Source: an uncultured Candidatus Saccharibacteria bacterium (GTDB lineage: Bacteria > Patescibacteriota > Minisyncoccia > Phycocordibacterales > UBA9973). From it: a stretch of 37,896 bases of DNA. The first letter of the stretch is position 1, and the number at the start of each line of letters is the position of its first letter. Under the pieces are notes generated by a model that worked only from the letters and a program-made list of their open reading frames with translations, had not been told where the DNA came from and searched no databases. Made by a program: the position numbers and the translations under genes. The stretch is from positions 4,613 to 42,508 of the forward strand of contig CAZQAX010000001.1 in assembly GCA_964591475.1 (NCBI GenBank), given 5' to 3'. Of the stretch, positions 31,750 to 37,896 are shown piece by piece.

Positions 31750-33498
31750 CTACTCAGATACAACACGCAAAACCTCTTCGGTCGTAGTTAGACCTTGTAC
31801 TGCTAAAAATATTCCGTCTTCAAGCATGGTCATCATACCTTCTTCTTTGGCGATTTTTTCAATCTCGTCAGCCGAAGAACCTTTTAGCATTAACTCTTTT
31901 ATACGCGGGCTAACTTTTAAAACTTCGTGAATACCAACCCTACCCTTATAACCATCAGGGCTTTCATCGCTTGTCACAGCACGATAAAAAGGTATTGTGT
32001 CCCATGTAGCTGTTTCAGTAACAACTTTTTCGTCTTTTAATAATTTTAACAATCTATCCATATCGACAATTTTTTTCAAAGCATGCATTTCGCCTTCACT
32101 TAAAAAATATTGTTCTTTTTTGTCAGTTAACCTGCGAATTAGACGTTGTGAAATAACGGTTTTTAAAGTTGAAACTAGTAAAAAGGCTTCGCAACCCATA
32201 TCAATCAAACGAGGGATTGCACCTGATGCTGAATTGGTATGAATAGTTGATAATACCAAGTGACCAGTTAGGGCCGCGTTAATTGCAAGCCCGGCTGTTT
32301 CACCATCGCGAATCTCGCCCACCATCACAATGTTTGGGTCTTGTCGCAACAGTGATCGCAAACCATTAGCAAATGTCATACCAATGTCGGGTTTCACCTG
32401 CGTTTGGTTAATACGAGGCATTTGATACTCGATAGGGTCTTCGACAGTTGAAATGTTAACCTCGGTCGTATTTAACATGTCTAACATTGTATATAGCGTC
32501 GTAGTCTTACCTGAACCAGTTGGGCCAGTCGCCAATATCATACCCACGTGATAATTCATTGATTCATGCACAACCTCCAAGGCTGATCCATGGAAACCTA
32601 ATTTTTCTAATGAGAAGCCTTTTTGGTTTTCACGCAAAATACGAATAACGATTTTTTCACCATAATATGTTGGCAGAGTTGAAACACGAAATGAAGTGTT
32701 TGAATTGTCTTCGGTTATTTTAAATCGGCCGTCTTGTGGCAACCTTTTTTCATCAAGCTTTAAATTCGATAACACCTTGATACGAGCAGTTATGCCTGCG
32801 GCAGTATTTTTAGGTAATTCCATCGCATCGTGCAATATACCGTCTATACGATAACGTACAATTAGCGAATTATCGGTTGGCTCAATATGAATATCAGATG
32901 CGTCTTGGATGATTGCATGCGAAACCAGTGTGTCTACAATGCGCACGATTGGTAAATCATCGGCTTGTTTTTTCAAATCTTCTTCGCTAATTTCGCCATC
33001 GCTTTCGGCTACCATTTTTAACGACGAAGCTTCTTTGGCGATTATGTCTTTGAATTCAACTTGTAAACTTTTTTTATACTGCGTTAAGGCTTTTTTAATC
33101 GATTCTGAATCTGACAATCTAGGCAGTATGTTTATACCCAAACGTTTTTTAATAACGTCCAATGTTGGAAAGTCGTCAACATCAAGCATGGCAACCTCAA
33201 GCCCTGCTGGTGTTTTTTTATAAGCGATAATATTGTGCCCCCGTGCTACCGGTTCAGTTATCGACGATAACACCTCAAAATCAATTTTTTCGTTTTCAAG
33301 ATTTACATATGGTATACCTAGCACATGAGCCTCGGCACGACGCAAATCAACTTCGGTCATTTTACCTTCTGAAATTATAGTATTAGAAAGTGACACTCCA
33401 CTATCAGTGGCTTTTTTAAGTAATGCGTTTACATCAGTGTTGGTTAAAAGATTAGCCTCAACTAAAAAACGCGCAAGTTGTGTGTCTTGTAGAAACAT
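31750..33498 (-). CDS. pilB: Type IV pilus assembly ATPase (GspE/PilB family)
   Basis: N-terminal T2SSE_N domain, Walker A GPTGSGKTTT, Walker B/Asp box DPNIVMVGEIRD and His box GHLVLSTIHTN. Confidence 0.92.
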   Translation of the reverse strand: MFLQDTQLARFLVEANLLTNTDVNALLKKATDSGVSLSNTIISEGKMTEVDLRRAEAHVLGIPYVNLENEKIDFEVLSSITEPVARGHNIIAYKKTPAGLEVAMLDVDDFPTLDVIKKRLGINILPRLSDSESIKKALTQYKKSLQVEFKDIIAKEASSLKMVAESDGEISEEDLKKQADDLPIVRIVDTLVSHAIIQDASDIHIEPTDNSLIVRYRIDGILHDAMELPKNTAAGITARIKVLSNLKLDEKRLPQDGRFKITEDNSNTSFRVSTLPTYYGEKIVIRILRENQKGFSLEKLGFHGSALEVVHESMNYHVGMILATGPTGSGKTTTLYTMLDMLNTTEVNISTVEDPIEYQMPRINQTQVKPDIGMTFANGLRSLLRQDPNIVMVGEIRDGETAGLAINAALTGHLVLSTIHTNSASGAIPRLIDMGCEAFLLVSTLKTVISQRLIRRLTDKKEQYFLSEGEMHALKKIVDMDRLLKLLKDEKVVTETATWDTIPFYRAVTSDESPDGYKGRVGIHEVLKVSPRIKELMLKGSSADEIEKIAKEEGMMTMLEDGIFLAVQGLTTTEEVLRVVSE

Positions 33499-33505
33499 TA
33501 AACTA

Positions 33506-33514
33506 ATTATAGCA
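33506..33514 (-). promoter_or_regulatory. Extended -10 box TGcTATAAT, 7 nt upstream of the pilB ATG
   Basis: The minus strand reads TGCTATAAT-tagttta-ATG, implying a leaderless operon transcript. Confidence 0.55.
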
Positions 33515-33535
33515 ATAAAAAATTTTAAACAAAGT

Positions 33536-33561
33536 AAAAACCACTACGAACTTAGTGGTTT
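33536..33561 (-). terminator. Rho-independent terminator after tyrS
   Basis: AAAAACCACTA-CGAACT-TAGTGGTTTTT. Confidence 0.75.
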
Positions 33562-33579
33562 TTATCTTCTTTGGCAGTA

Positions 33580-34788
33580 TTAGTTGATTATGATAGCGTA
33601 ATCTTTTTTGCCTTTTTTTATAAGCACAGGGGTTTGGGGTATTTGGTATGCAGTATCAGTAACCTTCTCGCCTGCAACACTGACTGCCCCGTTTTCGATA
33701 AATTCGCGAGCTTCGCGTTTTGAAGTGGCTAAATTGGTTTCGATAAGGGCCTCTATAATATCAGTTTGATTTGTTTTAGGTAATACACTTGATAGAATTT
33801 CGAATTCATTACTGTTTAGGTTGGCGACATCGCTAGCAAAAAGCTTCTCTGACAAATCACGGGCCATGTTGGCATCGTTTTGACCATGAACACCAAACAC
33901 AATGGCATATGCCAATGTTTTTTTAGCTTCAATGGGGTCAATGATTTCAAGCATTTGGTTGACTTCATCTATACTTCTAACTATCAAACGCCTTGTTAGG
34001 GTTTTAATGTCTTCATCAGGAATGTTCAAGAAGAATTGATATAGTTCATAACTATTTGTTTTATTTTTGTCTAACCAAATAGTACCCTTTTCGCTTTTAC
34101 CAAACTTTTTACCAGTTTTTGAATCAACAACTAGTGGCGCAGTTAGCACATATGCGTCAGCGCCCAGCTTTTTATGAATCAATTCAGTACCAGCTAGCAT
34201 ATTACCCCACTGGTCAGACGCACCAATTTGCATTGTGCAACCGTAGTTTTCAAACAAGTATAGAAAGTCATAGGCTTGTAGTAATGAATATGAAAATTCA
34301 GTGTATGAGAAAAAGCTTTCTTCGCCCAAACGATTAGCTACAGAGTCGCGTTTAAGCATAGTGTTGATTGAAAAATGCTTACCCGTATCGCGCAAAAAAC
34401 TTATCAAATCAACTTTACCGGTCCAGTCGTAATTGTTTACAATTTCCCAGTTACCGTTATCGCCAAAAAAGTTTGCACACCAAGTTTTTATACCAGCTAC
34501 GTTTTTAGCCAATGTCGCCTCGTCTAACAAATTACGTTCTTCGCTTTTACCTGATGGGTCACCAATCATACCTGTTGCACCACCTACAACTAATATGAAC
34601 TTGTGGCCACGGTTCATTAAATGTATGGCTACGTTGAGTGTAGCAAAGTGGCCAATGTGTAGCGAGTCAGCAGTTGGGTCAATACCTAAATAGAAGGTTT
34701 TTGGACCTGATTCTAAATATTGGGCCAAGTTCTCGCTAGACGCTTGAAAAAATGACTCTCTTTGTTTTAGCTCCTCGATTATATTCAT
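33580..34788 (-). CDS. tyrS: Tyrosine--tRNA ligase
   Basis: HIGH motif (DSLHIGH), KMSKS-type KFGKS, and a C-terminal S4-like domain (…SKREAREFIENGAVSVAGEKV…). Confidence 0.93.
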   Translation of the reverse strand: MNIIEELKQRESFFQASSENLAQYLESGPKTFYLGIDPTADSLHIGHFATLNVAIHLMNRGHKFILVVGGATGMIGDPSGKSEERNLLDEATLAKNVAGIKTWCANFFGDNGNWEIVNNYDWTGKVDLISFLRDTGKHFSINTMLKRDSVANRLGEESFFSYTEFSYSLLQAYDFLYLFENYGCTMQIGASDQWGNMLAGTELIHKKLGADAYVLTAPLVVDSKTGKKFGKSEKGTIWLDKNKTNSYELYQFFLNIPDEDIKTLTRRLIVRSIDEVNQMLEIIDPIEAKKTLAYAIVFGVHGQNDANMARDLSEKLFASDVANLNSNEFEILSSVLPKTNQTDIIEALIETNLATSKREAREFIENGAVSVAGEKVTDTAYQIPQTPVLIKKGKKDYAIIIN

Positions 34789-34794
34789 ACAAAA

Positions 34795-34800
34795 AGTATA
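34795..34800 (-). promoter_or_regulatory. -10 box TATACT, 6 nt upstream of the tyrS ATG
   Basis: The minus strand reads TATACT-ttttgt-ATG. Confidence 0.45.
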
Positions 34801-34805
34801 TACTA

Positions 34806-34835
34806 AAACACCCTCTTTATAAAGAGGGTGTTTTA
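34806..34835 (-). terminator. Rho-independent terminator after the 1005-aa gene
   Basis: AAAACACCCTCTTTATAAAGAGGGTGTTTT, a perfect palindrome. Confidence 0.75.
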
Positions 34836-34847
34836 TGGTTTTATTAA

Positions 34848-37800
34848 TTAATCATTTCCATCAACACTCATTTCATCAACGATTGAGTTTAGAAGGGCTC
34901 GGGTTGCTGGACCAACAACACCAGTTGCTTGTATCTTATTAGCGCTTTGCAATTTTTTTACAGACCGGCTGGTTACTGGGCCGTAATAACCAGTTGGGTT
35001 ATTTGCCTTCAAAAAGCCTTGGTCTATTAAAATTTCTTGCAACAACGTAACATCATCACCCTTTTTACCTATAACTAAACGACGAGTAAATGTTGTGTCT
35101 TGACCTGAACTAGTACTGCTACTTGGATCAGCCGATGTTACACCATAATTTTTTGTAGAATTTTTATTTGTTGTCGAACTATTAATTGTAAACAACGTAT
35201 CACTTTTATCCCAAACAGCAATATTTGCTTGATAATTTACACCATCACCTAAATTAATTCTATATACTTTACCGTTACCCAAAGAGATTGGCTTACCTGT
35301 TCCAAATGTTGATGGGATTTTCCACTGATATAAATTATTTTTTGAGGAAACGTTTTCTATAATAAATACACTATTAGTACCCACTGGAAAGCCTTGTTTT
35401 TCCAGCGTTGAGTCTTCTAAAATAATATCAACAGTGCTATGTGGATAGTTACAGCTTTCCCATTTAATATCAAGTGTATCGCCTATCTTATAAACTTCGC
35501 CACCATTAGGGGACAAGACCTCTATCCAAGGTTTGGTTGTTGAGTCACAAGAAGAACTAAGAGCTTCAGCTTTTATACCAATTGATGAGTCAGCATAGTC
35601 AACAACATCCCACTTTTTATCTGGACTTAAAGTTATAATTCTTACATCATACAAACCACCAATTAAAGCATTTCCATAATAATCATTTTTTGGTATATAA
35701 ACATTCTCACTGCCATCATTTTGACCTAGGTCGATTGTGAAAAATGACACGCCTTTGCTTTTTTCAAAGAATTGAATTCGAACATTATTTGTAGTTGGTA
35801 TGTCACTACTTGCTTTCCAAGAAACAGCCATTTTACCACCAACTGGGAAATTTTCGCCACCATTTGGGGTTAGTAATGTAATTGTAGAACTTACGCTTTG
35901 ACCAAGCGAAAACTTTGAATCGCTTGTGTCTTCGGCAACTTTTACATAAGAACCATTTTGGTCTTTATTGGCAGCATACACTGCTACTGTATAATGATTT
36001 CCACCAAAGACATCTTTGTATTTAGACGGCAAAGAATTGTTAAAACTTTGAGGAACATCGATTACATATTCATAAACATACTCTGAGCCATTTTCAGAAA
36101 CAAGTCTTGCATATTGAAGCACAGGACTAGTACCAAACAATGACGCAGCACTAGAATCAGTTATACGGTCATCCAATATATCTACCTGAGTACCAACATC
36201 TTTTGGTAAGTTATTTGTTTTCCAACGAATTTTTAAAATATCACCAAGTTTATAATCTTCACCACCATTTGGCGACAAAACTGTTACCGAGGGTTTTTGG
36301 GCATTGTCTAAACAATCTCTAGTCTCCCAGTTATGGTCTTGTAGATATGAAATTAAATATCTCCATGAGCCATCATTATTAACTTTCGTGTCCATATCAC
36401 CAACGGTTGGTGTGTACCATGGGCTCCAATTACCGTTCCACCACTGTATGCGATATTGGTCGATATCAGGGTGCTTACTAAAGTCACGCAATTTTTCCCA
36501 ATAAGTACCACCTTGTGGGCCACCAGTTGTGACCTTCCAATTTGTACAAGCTTTTGTTGCTGGGCTTGTGATTGTAAATGGCGCATCACTAAAATCTGAA
36601 AGGTCTCCATAGTCACCCGTAGCTATTTTAATAGTGTAATCACCACCATCTGGAATAGTCGTTGGTACAACCCAATCAAAATAACCACTACCCGCATATA
36701 CTGGGTCTAGACTTATTGCACTTTCTGGTTGAAAATTTGGATCATGATAAACACTTTGACCCTTATACAATTTCAAATATACCTTTGAAAGGTTTTGTGA
36801 GTCCCACTTTATTCTATATGTTTGACCTTTTATAAGTGTTTCACCACCATTTGGCGTAAGAACGGTTACAGAGGGGTTATACGGAGCTTCGATAACTGTT
36901 ACGTGACCGGTCGCAGGCATACCTTCGACCGCAACATATGATGATTCGCCAATACTATTAACAAAAATAAAGTCATTTTCAAATTCGAACCTATCACTAG
37001 ACACGTAATTAGATAGATCTCCTATAATTTCAATAGTGTTTTCACCTTGAAGTACTTTTTGTGTACCATATAAGTCAAAATTAACAGCATCATTATTTGT
37101 ATAACCATAAAAACCAGCTATTAAATTACCATTTAAGTATAGTTGGTATTTTGGATTCTTGTCTTGTGTTGTATTTTTTGGCATAAATTTTGCCTCGTAA
37201 ATATTTACATCACCTCTAGCGATAAACTTTCGTTTATACAAACTTACACCCGGGGTACCCTTGGTTAAAAATTTTACAGGTTGAGTTTCGGCTACAAATT
37301 TTACAGTACCAGTTGAAGCTGTGGCTGTAGTATTTGTGGTTGTAGTTGTAGTAGTTTGGCCAGGTGTTATTACGGCTACCGGAGCAGCTGATTCACAATT
37401 TCTAGTCTTCCAGTTATGGTCTTGTAGGTATGAAATCATGTATCTCCATGCGCCATTGTCGTTAATTTTTGAATCCAAATCACCAATTGTTGGCGTATAC
37501 CAAGGGCTCCAATTACCGTTGAACCACTGAATAGCGTACTGATCAATTTGGGGGTGCTTGTTAAAATCACGTAGATTCTCCCAATAAACTCCACCTTGTG
37601 GGCCACCGTTTGTCTCAACCCAATTAGAACAACTAGTTACTGGTGTATACGCAGGCACAGTTGGATCGATTATTTGACCTGTTACAGGGTTTGGGGTTGG
37701 AACAGTCGTAAGAGTAGACGTTGGTGCAATTGTCGCAACAGTTTGCGCTTGAGCCATGTCAACAAAACCAATCTTCTTGGCTATATCTTCATAATGAGGG

Positions 37801-37865
37801 GTAACCATTGTAAACAGTAGGAACATTGTAGATGCAAGTAATGCATCAATAGATTTATGAGTCAT
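34848..37865 (-). CDS. Large secreted cell-wall-associated repeat protein with C-terminal peptidoglycan-binding domain
   Basis: N-terminal hydrophobic anchor or signal (IDALLASTMFLLFTMVT). Two Trp-rich Cys-bounded domains (aa 79-157 and 440-518) and a poly-Thr linker. Four PNGGE-type beta-sandwich repeats (VTVLTPNGGETLIKGQTYRIKW, VTVLSPNGGEDYKLGDILKIRW, ITLLTPNGGENFPVGGKMAVSW, IEVLSPNGGEVYKIGDTLDIKW; Kre9/GPI-anchored-like family). The C-terminus resembles PG_binding_1 (GDDVTLLQEILIDQGFL…TGYYGPVTSRSVKKLQ…GVVGPATRALL). Confidence 0.8.
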   Translation of the reverse strand: MTHKSIDALLASTMFLLFTMVTPHYEDIAKKIGFVDMAQAQTVATIAPTSTLTTVPTPNPVTGQIIDPTVPAYTPVTSCSNWVETNGGPQGGVYWENLRDFNKHPQIDQYAIQWFNGNWSPWYTPTIGDLDSKINDNGAWRYMISYLQDHNWKTRNCESAAPVAVITPGQTTTTTTTNTTATASTGTVKFVAETQPVKFLTKGTPGVSLYKRKFIARGDVNIYEAKFMPKNTTQDKNPKYQLYLNGNLIAGFYGYTNNDAVNFDLYGTQKVLQGENTIEIIGDLSNYVSSDRFEFENDFIFVNSIGESSYVAVEGMPATGHVTVIEAPYNPSVTVLTPNGGETLIKGQTYRIKWDSQNLSKVYLKLYKGQSVYHDPNFQPESAISLDPVYAGSGYFDWVVPTTIPDGGDYTIKIATGDYGDLSDFSDAPFTITSPATKACTNWKVTTGGPQGGTYWEKLRDFSKHPDIDQYRIQWWNGNWSPWYTPTVGDMDTKVNNDGSWRYLISYLQDHNWETRDCLDNAQKPSVTVLSPNGGEDYKLGDILKIRWKTNNLPKDVGTQVDILDDRITDSSAASLFGTSPVLQYARLVSENGSEYVYEYVIDVPQSFNNSLPSKYKDVFGGNHYTVAVYAANKDQNGSYVKVAEDTSDSKFSLGQSVSSTITLLTPNGGENFPVGGKMAVSWKASSDIPTTNNVRIQFFEKSKGVSFFTIDLGQNDGSENVYIPKNDYYGNALIGGLYDVRIITLSPDKKWDVVDYADSSIGIKAEALSSSCDSTTKPWIEVLSPNGGEVYKIGDTLDIKWESCNYPHSTVDIILEDSTLEKQGFPVGTNSVFIIENVSSKNNLYQWKIPSTFGTGKPISLGNGKVYRINLGDGVNYQANIAVWDKSDTLFTINSSTTNKNSTKNYGVTSADPSSSTSSGQDTTFTRRLVIGKKGDDVTLLQEILIDQGFLKANNPTGYYGPVTSRSVKKLQSANKIQATGVVGPATRALLNSIVDEMSVDGND
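36312..36548 (-). repeat. Trp-rich Cys-bounded domain, copy 2 (aa 440-518 of the 1005-aa protein)
   Basis: CTNWKVTTGGPQGGTYWEKLRDFSKHPDIDQYRIQWWNGNWSPWYTPTVGDMDTKVNNDGSWRYLISYLQDHNWETRDC. Most positions are identical to copy 1, and the two are also clearly similar at DNA level. Confidence 0.8.
37395..37631 (-). repeat. Trp-rich Cys-bounded domain, copy 1 (aa 79-157 of the 1005-aa protein)
   Basis: CSNWVETNGGPQGGVYWENLRDFNKHPQIDQYAIQWFNGNWSPWYTPTIGDLDSKINDNGAWRYMISYLQDHNWKTRNC. Confidence 0.8.
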
Positions 37866-37896
37866 AAATTTAACTATAAGATTTAATTAATAGAAC

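Noticed and set aside
36312-37631. Could the two similar DNA segments in the 1005-aa gene be a diversity-generating retroelement template/variable repeat pair?
   Set aside because: No reverse transcriptase is present in the window. The differences between the copies involve all base types rather than being adenine-specific, and both copies are in-frame parts of the same protein.
1-37896. Alternative genetic code (UGA recoding, as in some candidate phyla)
   Set aside because: All conserved genes (fusA, recJ, pilB, tyrS, pgk and others) are full length and uninterrupted under the standard bacterial code.
1-37896. Prophage, transposon or genomic island boundaries
   Set aside because: I found no integrase, transposase, tRNA attachment site or long direct repeats. 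Terminators and promoters around the ORFans use local-style signals.

Overview
AT-rich, tightly packed bacterial chromosome segment, with about 35 genes and roughly 80 percent of them on the minus strand. I found no rRNA, tRNA, CRISPR array, transposase or integrase.

Housekeeping genes: a broken str locus (rpsL-rpsG, an inserted 2OG-Fe(II) oxygenase, then fusA with its own promoter), rpmB, mscL, an M50 protease, rnhA, recJ, a HIT protein, tpiA-pgk and tyrS.

Envelope and DNA-uptake genes: a type IV pilus-like operon and a comEC split into two separated genes. The pilus operon reads pilB, pilC, a 607-aa giant prepilin-type protein, a 211-aa prepilin-type protein, a PilX-like protein and a TM/coiled-coil/Ig-like protein.

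Two very large surface proteins:
- A 1637-aa protein built from five 250-aa modules, ending in a T9SS-type C-terminal sorting domain.
- A 1005-aa protein with four PNGGE-type repeats, a C-terminal peptidoglycan-binding domain and two copies of an unrecognised Trp-rich, Cys-bounded domain.

Gene content, giant pilins, near-absence of Shine-Dalgarno sites and compactness suggest a Patescibacteria/CPR-like organism. That is inference only.

Most unusual observations:
1. Three unrelated ORFan genes beside recJ are each wrapped in a near-identical promoter and terminator module. A second such module family sits at the left edge.
2. A T9SS-sorting-domain giant adhesin occurs in a genome context where T9SS is not expected.
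3. A 2OG oxygenase is inserted between rpsG and fusA.
4. A G-quadruplex/i-motif tract plus a GC-rich structured island lies in the rpmB-mscL spacer.
5. Many genes have a TGnTATAAT box 6-8 nt upstream of the start codon, which implies leaderless mRNAs.

CDS coordinates derive from the ORF track by codon arithmetic. Coordinates of short motifs were counted by eye and may be off by 1-2 nt.
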